Origin: a candidate division WOR-3 bacterium
Lineage (GTDB): Bacteria; SDB-A
DNA: 48,059 bases
Direction: 5' to 3'
NCBI GenBank assembly: GCA_016934535.1
Contig: JAFGSQ010000002.1
Coordinates: 1 to 48,059 of the forward strand
Each line of letters begins with the position of its first letter. The first letter of the stretch is position 1. Made by a program: the position numbers and the translations under genes. The notes under the pieces were generated by a model. That model was not told where the DNA came from, searched no databases, and saw nothing but the letters and a program-made list of their open reading frames with translations. This document shows, piece by piece, positions 1-9,634 of the stretch.

Positions 1-697
1 TTGAAATTATGTAAGGGCAGGCAGGGTCGTAATTGTCTCTAATGAGCTCACAGAGCTCCCTCGCGTCCGCCTTGTGAGACCATATATCAAATGTGTCGCC
101 CGTCTGTTCTGCGCCGGGTCCTGCGTGAACGACAAAAAGCCCGTGCGCAACCTTGTCTCCGTCCGGATCGAGAATGTTGAGATCAAAACCGGCCTGTTCC
201 GCCCTGTAAACTGCGTCTCTGGCGGCCATGTAAACCCCGATGCTCGTGTTTTGGGTATAGGGGTCAAATATCCACTCTATGCCGTAATAGTGCTGAGCAT
301 AAGCGGTCCTCGGATAATAACTCTGAAACCAGCCTGCTATCACTCCATAAAGCGAGAATTGTCCGTAACTGACCTCCCTGTAATAGGAATGCATGCTTCC
401 CGGATTCGACGCCGAAAAAAGAAGCTGATCGTAGCTTGTCTGAGTATGCGCGGGATTGTGTACGAGATCAGCAAAATCGAAAAGAATGACGGCTGTTGTC
501 AGAGAAGGCGGAGTTTTCCCAGATTCCGTGACGCTGAATAATTTCTCTTCTGGTTTTTCAATTCCGAATTTACCGCCCGGAAAAGTCACTCCTGTTTGGA
601 CGACGACTCCGCTATTGTCGCAAAGACCGGGCAAAGGCGGCATAAAATCAAAATAAGCCGTGAGGGTTATAACTATAATACTGACTGCAGAAATCAT
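1..697 (-). CDS. M6-family (immune inhibitor A-like) secreted metalloprotease, N-terminal part; runs off the left edge
   Basis: Not in the ORF track. Hand translation from ATG 697 stays open to base 2: MISAVSIIVITLTAY...AVILFDFAD...SMHSYYREVSYGQF...DPDGDKVAHGLFVVHAGPGAEQTGDTFDIWSH. These are typical M6-domain motifs; HExxH would lie beyond the edge. Confidence 0.85.
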   Translation of the reverse strand, partial: MISAVSIIVITLTAYFDFMPPLPGLCDNSGVVVQTGVTFPGGKFGIEKPEEKLFSVTESGKTPPSLTTAVILFDFADLVHNPAHTQTSYDQLLFSASNPGSMHSYYREVSYGQFSLYGVIAGWFQSYYPRTAYAQHYYGIEWIFDPYTQNTSIGVYMAARDAVYRAEQAGFDLNILDPDGDKVAHGLFVVHAGPGAEQTGDTFDIWSHKADARELCELIRDNYDPACPYIIS

Positions 698-702
698 ACC
701 GT

Positions 703-731
703 ATCATAATTTCAATTGCACGTTCTGTCAA
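703..731 (-). promoter_or_regulatory. sigma70 promoter of the M6 protease, probably leaderless
   Basis: TTGACA(731-726)-17 nt-TATGAT(708-703)-5 nt-ATG; no SD. Confidence 0.7.
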
Positions 732-818
732 ACAGGCTTTTTACCTGCGTCAGTATTTCTTTTATTTCAGGCGGCGATAATGGTATAAACATCTTTAAAG
801 CTTAATCCGGGGGATAAA

Positions 819-2087
819 ATGAAAATACTGTGCTGTTTTTTAACTTTTTCGCTTTTTTCTCACGTGGCATCATCTTCCCCTGTTGTCATTTCAGGAGGGA
901 CTCCAAACGACATCATAGGAAGGGTCTGCAGGATGCAAAACGGAAACCTTCTTGCCGTCATAGAGAGAAATCCCGACTGGATTTCCGGAGACCTCTACAC
1001 GAGTGTTTCGACGGACGACGGAACTGCGTGGAGCTCTCTTTATCCCGCCGTGACAGGAACCGGCAATCAATCAACTTTTTCCCTTCTGAAGGGAGAAGGA
1101 GACTCCCTTTTGCTCTTTTACGCTTCTAACGAATCGGGTACATACAGAATATACAGTGCTTTTTCGGCAGACGGATCGTCGTGGACAAAGACGGGCGAAA
1201 TCCCTCTGCCGTGGGCTTCTTCTCAGAATGTCTACGACCCTGTCGTATTAAGAGAACCTGACGGATCGCTGACGATGACATACATAGCGTTGGGACTCGG
1301 AGCTTATGTAACCCACAGGTCGCCGGCGGGTGCGTGGGACACAATCAAAACCCAGGTCGCGGCGAGCGCTTACAGAGCGAGAATATGCAGGGATTTGTCA
1401 GGCATCTATCTTGCGGCATATCACAGAAAGACGGGAACAGATTATCAATACGACGTCTTCATAAGGACATCGGCAGACAGATTGAACTGGTCGCAGGAGA
1501 TTCAACTGACAACCAATCTCAATTCACACGACCCTTTCTGTGCCGTCACTCCCGACGAAGCCTTCACTGTTGAATACGCCAAAAACGTCTCAGGGATTTA
1601 CAATATCCACTCGAGGCGTTCATACGACGGGATTAACTGGGAAACCGAACAGCAGATCACGATGGACGCAACCCACAACACACAGCCCTCTTTCTTTTTT
1701 GAAAACGGTTTTATTTACAGAACATGGACTCACGCCGTCAATTACGACACTGACAATGACATTTATTTTGAAAAAACGCTCTATGAACCGAATCAGGTGT
1801 CTGAAGATTTCACAGGGAATGTGCTTGTTAGCGGGTTTTCTTTCTCTTATCGCCTGTGCCGGGAAAATGATCTTCTCCTTTTGGATTTTGAATCTTCCTC
1901 GACGACAGAGATCTCTTTTATTCTTTTTGACATCACGGGAAGAAAGGCTTCGGAAGCGCTCGAGTTTTCCGTTTCGGGAAAAAGAACGGAATATATGGAT
2001 ATGTCAGGCTTAACCAGCGGTGTTTATTTCGGGCATCTTCGGGCGGGTGAAAGGCTTTTCTTTGGAAAAATCATGCTCTTAAGATAG
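819..2087 (+). CDS. Secreted BNR/Asp-box beta-propeller (sialidase-like fold) with T9SS type A-like CTD
   Basis: Signal peptide; Asp-box repeats STDDGTAW, SADGSSW, SADRLNW, SYDGINW; C-terminus FDITGRK...SGVYF...GKIMLLR. Confidence 0.8.
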   Translation: MKILCCFLTFSLFSHVASSSPVVISGGTPNDIIGRVCRMQNGNLLAVIERNPDWISGDLYTSVSTDDGTAWSSLYPAVTGTGNQSTFSLLKGEGDSLLLFYASNESGTYRIYSAFSADGSSWTKTGEIPLPWASSQNVYDPVVLREPDGSLTMTYIALGLGAYVTHRSPAGAWDTIKTQVAASAYRARICRDLSGIYLAAYHRKTGTDYQYDVFIRTSADRLNWSQEIQLTTNLNSHDPFCAVTPDEAFTVEYAKNVSGIYNIHSRRSYDGINWETEQQITMDATHNTQPSFFFENGFIYRTWTHAVNYDTDNDIYFEKTLYEPNQVSEDFTGNVLVSGFSFSYRLCRENDLLLLDFESSSTTEISFILFDITGRKASEALEFSVSGKRTEYMDMSGLTSGVYFGHLRAGERLFFGKIMLLR

Positions 2088-2090
2088 GAT

Positions 2091-2678
2091 TTATTCGTAA
2101 TTTTCAGGAAAAAGAATTCTCTCGACCCCTTCTATGACGATGTGAAGAACCGTCATGTGGACTTCCTGAATCCTGTCGGACGTGGCTCCTTTGACGATGA
2201 ATTCTATGTCGGCTTTTCCGGAGAGGGCGCCTCCTCCCTTTCCGAGAAGCAAAATCGTCTTCATGCCGGTTTTTATGGCCGTTTCATGAGCTCTGACGAT
2301 GTTCGGAGAGTTGCCGCTGGTTGAAAGTCCGACAAAGACATCGCCTTTTGTTCCGTAAGCTTCGACCCCCCTGGAAAATATCTCTTCAAAACCGTAATCG
2401 TTGCCTACACAGGTAATGTGGGAAGAATCCGACAGGGAGATAACAGGCAACGGTTTTCTGTTTTTTCTGTATCTGCCCGTGAATTCCTCGGCAAAATGCA
2501 TGGAATCACAAGCGCTTCCGCCGTTGCCGCATATCAGCGCCTTGCCGCCTCTTGCGAAGCACTGTGCGAGCACGTTTGAAACTTCGGCGATATTTTTCAC
2601 ATTAGACTCATTTTCTGTAAAATCTCTCAGAGTTTTAATCGCGTCGGTTAAAGAATTTTCGAGCCATTCTGAATTCAT
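2091..2678 (-). CDS. gmhA: D-sedoheptulose 7-phosphate isomerase
   Basis: CGNGGSACDSMHFAEE, NDYG, STSGNS and RIQEVH motifs. Confidence 0.95.
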   Translation of the reverse strand: MNSEWLENSLTDAIKTLRDFTENESNVKNIAEVSNVLAQCFARGGKALICGNGGSACDSMHFAEEFTGRYRKNRKPLPVISLSDSSHITCVGNDYGFEEIFSRGVEAYGTKGDVFVGLSTSGNSPNIVRAHETAIKTGMKTILLLGKGGGALSGKADIEFIVKGATSDRIQEVHMTVLHIVIEGVERILFPENYE

Positions 2679-2718
2679 GGATTAACTCCTATAAAGAAAG
2701 TTTGAGCTGATTTCGGTG

Positions 2719-4230
2719 TCAGCCTGAAATTCCTTCGTTTAAAACCAGGTAATGATTTGTTATCTTTTTTAAATGTCTACCGTAAATGGCTAAAGATACG
2801 GCAAGAGGAAGGGACTTAATGTTCGTAAAAAAGGTTCTCATAACAAGCTTCCAAAAGTAAAGCTTTTCCGGACCGAAGAGGCCGAGAAAAATGATTGCCT
2901 GCAGGAATGCCGACACGTATATCATTTTGTTTCTGAAATTGAAGTATACGTTTGTTTTCGGCTTTTTATATTCTTCAAAAAATGTTCTGATCCTTCGATA
3001 GTACATTTTGGGAGAATATATGGAACTTATTATGGTTTCGTATCCGCTTTTCAATTCTACTTTGTTCATCTTCGTTATTACATTCGTTGAACAATCAGTG
3101 TTGTCTCCTGTAAATTTCCTGCGAATCCGGTTTGACTTTTTCAGTCTTTCATAGAGCCTGGTCCCGACCGGAGCCTGTAATATTCCGACCATTGCCGTCG
3201 TAATCCCGCTTTTTTGTATAAAATCTATCATATGCTGAAATGACATGGCCGTGTCACTGTCAAACCCGACGATGAACCCCCCCTGGACCATGAATCCGGT
3301 CCTCTGCAGTTTTTTTATATTTTCTATTAAATTCCTGTTTAAGTTCTGATTTTTCCTGCACTCGAGCAAACTCGCTCTGTTCGGCGATTCTATACCAATA
3401 AAGAGAGTGTCGAAGCCGGCTAATATCATTTTTTTTAACAGTTCGTTATCGTCCGCTACGTTTATTGAAACTTCAGTGATGAGCTGAATTCCCTTTTTTC
3501 CTCTTCTCCATTCGGAAATCGCCGGAAGGAGATTCTCTTTCAAGTCCTTTTTATTCCCTATAAAATTGTCATCTACGAAAAACACGCCTCCCCTCCAGCC
3601 GGTTTTGTAAAGGCTGTCGAGTTCTTCTATTATCTGCGAAGACTTTTTCAATCTCGGAACCTTTCCGAAAAGAGAAGTAATGTTGCAAAATTCACAGTTA
3701 AAAGGACACCCTCTCGAATACTGCATGGGCATCATGGCGTATTTTCCTGTTTTGGCGAGAGACCAGACGGGCAAAGGCGTCGCGGCCAAATCAGCATGGT
3801 TTTTGGTTTCGTATATCTTTTCGGCTTTTCCGTTTTTCATGTCTTCAAGAAACGCGGGAAGCGTCAGCTCGGCTTCGTTTAAAACAAAATGATCGACCTT
3901 ATCGAATCCGTCTCTTTCGAGAGTGAAAAGCGGACCGCCGGCGACAACAGTCAAACCGGCTTTTTTGCAGATGTCTACAACTTTTTTGGCCGATTCTTTC
4001 TGTAATGACATACCGCTTATGAAAGCGGCGTCTGCCCAGGCCAAGTCTTTCTTTTTCAGCTTTCCGATGTTCATGTCCGCGAGTTTTTTTTCCCAGGTTT
4101 CAGGCAGCATTGCGGCAACAGTCAGAAGTCCGAGAGGAGGCATCAAGGCCTTCTTGTGAACAAATCTTACGGCGTGCTTGAAACTCCAAAATGTCGCGGG
4201 AATTTCAGGATATATAAGCAGAACATTCAT
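2719..4230 (-). CDS. B12-binding radical SAM protein (DUF4070/HpnP-like family)
   Basis: PPLGLLTVAA, SRGCPFNCEFC, FFVDDNFIGN, GGFIVGFD. Start moved to ATG 4230, which follows a GGAGG SD. Confidence 0.88.
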   Translation of the reverse strand: MNVLLIYPEIPATFWSFKHAVRFVHKKALMPPLGLLTVAAMLPETWEKKLADMNIGKLKKKDLAWADAAFISGMSLQKESAKKVVDICKKAGLTVVAGGPLFTLERDGFDKVDHFVLNEAELTLPAFLEDMKNGKAEKIYETKNHADLAATPLPVWSLAKTGKYAMMPMQYSRGCPFNCEFCNITSLFGKVPRLKKSSQIIEELDSLYKTGWRGGVFFVDDNFIGNKKDLKENLLPAISEWRRGKKGIQLITEVSINVADDNELLKKMILAGFDTLFIGIESPNRASLLECRKNQNLNRNLIENIKKLQRTGFMVQGGFIVGFDSDTAMSFQHMIDFIQKSGITTAMVGILQAPVGTRLYERLKKSNRIRRKFTGDNTDCSTNVITKMNKVELKSGYETIISSIYSPKMYYRRIRTFFEEYKKPKTNVYFNFRNKMIYVSAFLQAIIFLGLFGPEKLYFWKLVMRTFFTNIKSLPLAVSLAIYGRHLKKITNHYLVLNEGISG

Positions 4231-4441
4231 CTCTTCCTCCATGAAATTATAGAAGGACACTTTTCGAGGAAAAACAATTAAAGAGCCTGAATTCCCTTAT
4301 TCAAAAACAATCATCAAAATGCCATACAAGCGTTTTCAGAAGAATCTGTAAATCAGACAGATTAATAATTGTTTCCCCCATTAGGATAAATATACTTCAA
4401 ATAAAAATAAAATTGAAGACATTATTGCCGGTACACAGTTT

Positions 4442-6265
4442 TCAACTTACAATAATCTCTGATATATCCGTGTATTCGTCCTTCTGAAAAACAGGAAACT
4501 CCAAAGTGAAAACAGACCCTTCCCCCTCGGTGCTCTTGACTAATATGTCCCCTCCGTGATTTTTAACTATCCTGTAAGTTATTGACAGACCGAGACCAGA
4601 ACCGTAGCTTTTGGATTTTGTCGTGAAGAAAGGATCGAATATGTTTCTTATAATATTTTTAGGAATGCCGATCCCGTTGTCCGAGACCTCGACAAAAATC
4701 AAGCTTTTGCCTTCCCGGGCTGTTTCACCGGCTTTGATTGTTATTTCGCCTTTTCCAATGATTGAATCTTTAGCGTTAATTATCAGATTGAATAGCGCCT
4801 GTTCCAATTGCGATAGATCTCCTTTTATGCCGGGCAGGACTTTATCCGGTAAATAAATTCTAAGGTTTATTTTCGGCAGGATGGCGCTTTTAACGACGTT
4901 TACGCAATTTTCTATTACCGTCTCAATCTGGATTTTCCTCAGTTCTGGTGTTTTACCGCGTGCAAATTCGAGAAGATCGTTTGAAAGAGTAATTCCCCTG
5001 TTGGCAGAATCCGAAATCATATTTACGTATTTTTCAATCCCCGATGCGTCTTCAATTTTTTTTTGAAGAGCCTGAAGAGCCAGAGTCACTCCTGAAAACA
5101 AATTTTTAATATCGTGGGATATACCTTCAGCCAGCCTGCCGAGAGAATTTATCTTGTCCGATTGGATAAACCTCTGCTCCAGTTTGTATTCGTCGGTTTT
5201 GTCAATTACCACTATGCTGTATAGGTTTTTTTCACCTACGGAAGACTGATCGAGAAATATGTCGCCGATAAAGTCCGATCCGTCGAATTTTCTCATCATT
5301 GTTCCGTTTAAGGCGTATTTTTTGTTCATTATTAATTCTTTAACTGCTTTCTTGTACGTTTCTTTCTCCTGAAAATACACCGCCAGTTTCGGATCAATTA
5401 TTTCCGGCGGAGTTCCGCTAATTCTGTAAAAAGCCGGATTCGCCTGAGTTATGAAAAATTCATTGTTGTCGAAGGAAAGTTCGCATACCGCCACGGGAAG
5501 ATTTTCAAGGATTTGCGCGAAATAAGTCCCCTGAATCCTTATTTTGTCCTTCAACTCCGTGTTTGACTGTTTGAGAGACCTGTCTTTAGTATAGGCGAGC
5601 AGTATGTATCCGACGATCCCTTTTATCAGGTCTATCTCCTGCTTTGTCGCGTCGTCAATTTCGGTCCTGTTTTCGTATGAAAGATTTATGACGCCTATTT
5701 TTTCTGTTTCGACAATTATAGGAAGGGAAATCAGCGTTTTGATATCAACTGCTGTCTGCATGGTTTCCTTGTCTTCGCTGTCTTCCATGTCCTCTATTAT
5801 TATTGTGTGTCCTTCAAGAAAAGCTTTTCCCGCCGTTCCCCTGCCCGGTTTAAAAGATAATCCTTTGTTGTAGGCGAAATCGGGCGGTTTTTCGGAGTCT
5901 TTCAAACCGAACGCGGCCATCAATTCGAGCGTTTCTCTTTCGTTGTTGAACAAGAGAATGGAGGCATTGCAGAATCCCATTTCGAACACGAGTATTTCCA
6001 CTATTTTTCTGCAAAGATCGTCCAGGGAATAATCCAGTAAAATCAACGTGTTCATGGATTTTATAGCAGATATCGAACCAGTAGGTTTTGTCGTATTATT
6101 TTCAGCGACGAGATCAGCAAGAAGCCGCATTTTTACTGACGCTTTCTCCGCGAGAGACGCGATTTCTTTCCTTTTCAGCTCGCCGTCTGCTATTTTTGAA
6201 AAAGAAGCCTCTATTTCTCCCAAAATGCCGATGGCCTCTTCGCAGAAAGACCTGTTCTTGCTCAT
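4442..6265 (-). CDS. Cytoplasmic GAF-PAS sensor histidine kinase
   Basis: GAF region, PAS (ANPAF), H-box ISHDIKN, NLIINAKD, DNGIGI, FDPFFTTK, GSGLGL. Confidence 0.92.
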   Translation of the reverse strand: MSKNRSFCEEAIGILGEIEASFSKIADGELKRKEIASLAEKASVKMRLLADLVAENNTTKPTGSISAIKSMNTLILLDYSLDDLCRKIVEILVFEMGFCNASILLFNNERETLELMAAFGLKDSEKPPDFAYNKGLSFKPGRGTAGKAFLEGHTIIIEDMEDSEDKETMQTAVDIKTLISLPIIVETEKIGVINLSYENRTEIDDATKQEIDLIKGIVGYILLAYTKDRSLKQSNTELKDKIRIQGTYFAQILENLPVAVCELSFDNNEFFITQANPAFYRISGTPPEIIDPKLAVYFQEKETYKKAVKELIMNKKYALNGTMMRKFDGSDFIGDIFLDQSSVGEKNLYSIVVIDKTDEYKLEQRFIQSDKINSLGRLAEGISHDIKNLFSGVTLALQALQKKIEDASGIEKYVNMISDSANRGITLSNDLLEFARGKTPELRKIQIETVIENCVNVVKSAILPKINLRIYLPDKVLPGIKGDLSQLEQALFNLIINAKDSIIGKGEITIKAGETAREGKSLIFVEVSDNGIGIPKNIIRNIFDPFFTTKSKSYGSGLGLSITYRIVKNHGGDILVKSTEGEGSVFTLEFPVFQKDEYTDISEIIVS

Positions 6266-6271
6266 TTCTGT

Positions 6272-6301
6272 ATTATATACACAAAAAAAAGTTTTTTACA
6301 A
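6272..6301 (-). promoter_or_regulatory. sigma70 promoter of the kinase, probably leaderless
   Basis: TTGTAA(6301-6296)-18 nt-TATAAT(6277-6272)-6 nt-ATG; no SD. Confidence 0.55.
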
Positions 6302-6325
6302 ACTGTACGTATTCACATTCACCGG

Positions 6326-6354
6326 TTGACATGTAAAGCCGCAGGAAATAAAAT
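6326..6354 (+). promoter_or_regulatory. sigma70 promoter of the ACT/SGNH genes
   Basis: TTGACA-17 nt-TAAAAT, ending 22 nt before ATG 6377. Confidence 0.7.
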
Positions 6355-6376
6355 TAAAAATTTCAAAGGGCGTAAA

Positions 6377-6784
6377 ATGAACTCAAAAACAGCGATACAG
6401 TACACTATTTTCCTTGAGCACAAATCCGGTGCCATGGAAAAAATCGTCAGTAAATTGAAAGCGGAAGGGATTCAGATACTTGCTCTTGCAGGAAGCGGTT
6501 CGGTAGACGGAGGGCTCCTGAGAATTGTCATAGAAAAGGAAACAGATCACGTGAATTCAATTTTCAAAGGCATGAATGTGTTTCCTATGACGGCTCCTGT
6601 CATTGTCCTGAGAATAGACAAGAAATCACCCGTCGACATGAATCACATTTTTCAGTTTCTGGCTACCAATGACATAAATCTGCAGTCGGTATACTGGAGC
6701 GACTGCGCCGAAAACAGCTTTATCTGCATGTCATTGATCCCGGACAAATATGACCAGACTGTAAAATTACTCGAAGAAATATGA
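6377..6784 (+). CDS. Tandem ACT-domain protein
   Basis: YTIFLEHKSGAMEKIVSKLKAEGIQILAL...GLLRIV resembles paired-ACT proteins. The ORF-track TTG start is the -35 box, so ATG 6377 is preferred. Confidence 0.7.
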   Translation: MNSKTAIQYTIFLEHKSGAMEKIVSKLKAEGIQILALAGSGSVDGGLLRIVIEKETDHVNSIFKGMNVFPMTAPVIVLRIDKKSPVDMNHIFQFLATNDINLQSVYWSDCAENSFICMSLIPDKYDQTVKLLEEI

Positions 6785-7467
6785 TTTGTGTTTTTCTTGC
6801 TTTTTTTATGTTTTCATCGGGCAGGTTTCTTCAACCTGACATCACATGGAAGGACGCTTTTTCCATTTCAGGATCGAGGATAAAAGACAGCGTGTTTCTG
6901 TTGATAGGCGATTCCATGATAGGCGGAGCGCTGGGATTCATTCTTTCAAACAGCCTGAAAACTTCCGGCGCCAGCTCCGTGTTCCTCGACTATCATGTCT
7001 CCAGCGGACTTTCCCGTCCCGATTTTTATAACTGGGCTGAGAGACTGACGGAATTAAAATCCATGCATAATTTCGATTACGCGTTCGTATTTTTGGGAGC
7101 AAACGACAATCAGGCTCTTCACAGGTATGGTTCGGGTTGGATAACGTACCATTCTGACGAATGGTACGAAGAATATCATTCAAGAGTCGGTGCAATGATG
7201 GACGGCTTGCTCTCAGAAGCCGTAAAAGTATATTGGATAGGCCTGCCGAGAATGGCAAGTTCTGAATTCGACGCCGGAACAAGAGTATTAAATGATATAT
7301 ACGAAGAAGAAGCGGCAAAAAGAGACCGTGTGATTTATATTTCTTCGTACGATATTCTCGACGAACGCAGTTACGAATTTTCTTCTCTCAGAACCGACGA
7401 CGGATGCCACCTCACAAGCGACGGCGCCAAACTTCTGGCGGATAAAATAATAGAATTGATGAACTGA
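6781..7467 (+). CDS. SGNH/GDSL hydrolase-like protein (DUF459-like)
   Basis: IGDSM, SSGLSRPDFYNW, LGAND, VYWIGLP, DGCH; ATGA overlap with the ACT gene. Confidence 0.85.
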   Translation: MICVFLAFFMFSSGRFLQPDITWKDAFSISGSRIKDSVFLLIGDSMIGGALGFILSNSLKTSGASSVFLDYHVSSGLSRPDFYNWAERLTELKSMHNFDYAFVFLGANDNQALHRYGSGWITYHSDEWYEEYHSRVGAMMDGLLSEAVKVYWIGLPRMASSEFDAGTRVLNDIYEEEAAKRDRVIYISSYDILDERSYEFSSLRTDDGCHLTSDGAKLLADKIIELMN

Positions 7468-7474
7468 GTGATTC

Positions 7475-8674
7475 TCAGTTTTTTCTTTTCTCGAGCGCCT
7501 TTACTATTTCAGGGACAATTTCAAACAGGTCTCCGATTATCGCGTAATCCGCGACTTTCATAATCGGAGCGTCCTTGTCTTTGTTTATGGCCACGATACA
7601 GTCCGAAGACTGCATTCCTACAAGATGCTGTATGGCGCCTGAAATTCCTACGGCGACATAAAGTTTAGGCGCCACAGTTCTTCCCGTCTGACCCACCTGG
7701 TGAGAATGGGCTATCCAGCCGTCGTCAACTGGCGGTCTTGAAGAACCGACCGCTCCTCCGAGCGCCGACGCGAACTTTTCTATCAGTGAAAAATTTTCCG
7801 GAGATTTAATTCCTCTTCCTCCGGAAACGATTATGTCGGCGTTGTCGAGTCTGACTCGGGTCCCCTCTTCTCTCAGAATCCCGAGAAACTTCACTGGATC
7901 TTTCAGTATTTCCGGTGAAACTTCAAAGCTGATGATTTCCGGTTTACGCGAATAATCCGGAGTTTTCTTTTTCATCACTCTCGGTCTGACGGTGGCCATC
8001 TGCGGTCTTGTATTCGGTGTCATTATAGTAGCCATGATAGATCCGCCCCAGGCCGGCCTTGTCTGAAGAAGGTGCCTGTCAGGCATTTCAACTTCAAGAT
8101 GCGTACAATCCGCCGTAAGTCCTGTTTTCAAACGAACGGCAACTCTAGACAACAGCGGCCTGCCTTGAGAAGTAGAACCGGTGAGCACGATTTCGGGTTT
8201 TTCTTTTAAAACCAGTTCGTAAAGGGATCTCGCTCTCGGTCCGGTAAGAGGCTTGCCGAGGATTTCGCCTTTAACAATTATAATTTTGTCCGCTCCGTAA
8301 GCGCAGAGACTGTTCAGGTCATCTTCCGAGGCGCCGCTGAAAACAACCGCCGTGAGGGGGGCGTTCAAAACTGCGGCCAGTTCACTGCCTTTGCTGACCA
8401 GTTCGTAGGACACCTGCGCTATTTTGTCGTCCTCTTCCTCGGCGACGACCATGATTCCTTTGTAATCGTTGAAATCAGCCTGGCTCGAACTGGTTTTGTG
8501 AACGCGGACGATCGCTCCAGTGGGGCATTTTTCCACGCATATTCCGCATAAATTGCACTTTCCAAAATCAATTACGGGCATTTTATTTTCGTTGATTGAT
8601 ATGGCTTTGACAGGGCAGACTTTTTCACAAACTGAACAGGAAACGCATCTTTTTTCAATAATTTTCAAGCTCAT
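7475..8674 (-). CDS. etfA: Electron transfer flavoprotein alpha subunit with N-terminal 2[4Fe-4S] ferredoxin domain
   Basis: [12 protein letters not shown] and [33 protein letters not shown]. Confidence 0.93.
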   Translation of the reverse strand: MSLKIIEKRCVSCSVCEKVCPVKAISINENKMPVIDFGKCNLCGICVEKCPTGAIVRVHKTSSSQADFNDYKGIMVVAEEEDDKIAQVSYELVSKGSELAAVLNAPLTAVVFSGASEDDLNSLCAYGADKIIIVKGEILGKPLTGPRARSLYELVLKEKPEIVLTGSTSQGRPLLSRVAVRLKTGLTADCTHLEVEMPDRHLLQTRPAWGGSIMATIMTPNTRPQMATVRPRVMKKKTPDYSRKPEIISFEVSPEILKDPVKFLGILREEGTRVRLDNADIIVSGGRGIKSPENFSLIEKFASALGGAVGSSRPPVDDGWIAHSHQVGQTGRTVAPKLYVAVGISGAIQHLVGMQSSDCIVAINKDKDAPIMKVADYAIIGDLFEIVPEIVKALEKRKN

Positions 8675-8685
8675 AACATCTCCGT

Positions 8686-9477
8686 TTAGATTAGGTGTCT
8701 CTCTGTCAGAATTTCGACGATTCTGCCGGCTTGAGACGGCGGTTCTCCGTCTAAAAAGAGAACCTGGCCCCCGACTTCCGGCGTGAAGATTTTAACGACT
8801 TGCGTCGGGCTTCCTTTGAGCCCAAGCATACCGGTGTCCGCATCAATTTCATCCGGAGACCATACAGGTATTATCTCTTTTCTCGATCTCGTTTTATTCC
8901 TCAATGAAGGCATTCTTGGTTCGCCTATGCCTTTGCCTACTGATATTACAGCCGGATAACCTACTGATAGATCGACGTACCCTTCCTCGGTCATAACTCT
9001 TAATTTTAATTGGTTTTCTGCGATTTCAATGAATCCGTTTACGTCAGTGACGACCGGATAACCAAGATGCTCTGCTATACCGGGGCCAACCTGCGCCGTG
9101 TCTCCGTCTATGGCTTGTCTTCCTGTAATCACAAGATCCGTTTGCCCGGTCTGAATTATGCCCTTTGCCAGTGCGTATGAAGTTGCCAAGGTGTCTGATC
9201 CCGCGAAATCTTTTGAACTCAGCAGGACCGCGTTGTCAACTCCCATGGAAATAACTTCTCTCAGTGCATTTTCCGCCTGAGGCGGACCCATGGAAATCGC
9301 GGTTATCGTTACGCCTGAACCCAATTCGTCTTTAATCCTGAGAGCCGCTTCAACTGCGTAAAGATCGAAAGGATTGACGACCGCATCAACTCCCGTTCTT
9401 ATTATCGTGTAAGTTTCGGGGTCCACTTTCGACTGCGAAATGTCCGGAACCTGCTTCACGCAGACGATTATTTTCAA
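8686..9477 (-). CDS. etfB: Electron transfer flavoprotein beta subunit
   Basis: KIIVCVKQVPD, NPFDLYAVE, SMGPPQA, DGDTAQVGP. TTG start at 9477 after a GGAGG SD. Confidence 0.93.
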   Translation of the reverse strand: MKIIVCVKQVPDISQSKVDPETYTIIRTGVDAVVNPFDLYAVEAALRIKDELGSGVTITAISMGPPQAENALREVISMGVDNAVLLSSKDFAGSDTLATSYALAKGIIQTGQTDLVITGRQAIDGDTAQVGPGIAEHLGYPVVTDVNGFIEIAENQLKLRVMTEEGYVDLSVGYPAVISVGKGIGEPRMPSLRNKTRSRKEIIPVWSPDEIDADTGMLGLKGSPTQVVKIFTPEVGGQVLFLDGEPPSQAGRIVEILTERHLI

Positions 9478-9634
9478 ACTCCCTCCCTTTTTACCAAGAA
9501 AAAACAATGAACGGCTTCGCTAAAAATCTCCGGTCTTGACGCCGAAAAAGAAACCGAATCACGTCTTTTTCGACAATCCTCTCCCGCGTTTCGCTGAAAT
9601 TTTAAAATGCGTATTCTCTCTGAAAATGCGTTAT

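Noticed and set aside
7-656. ORF-track ORFs 7..267, 74..541 and 456..656
   Set aside because: They are shadows of the minus-strand M6 protease frame.
4301-4381. 26-codon minus-strand ORF (MGETIINLSDLQILLKTLVWHFDDCF) or a possible riboswitch upstream of the radical SAM gene
   Set aside because: No SD, only a weak promoter match, and no cobalamin or SAM riboswitch core motifs recognised.
9604-9631. Direct repeat AAAATGCGT x2 between fabF and etfB
   Set aside because: Short, only two copies; could be chance.
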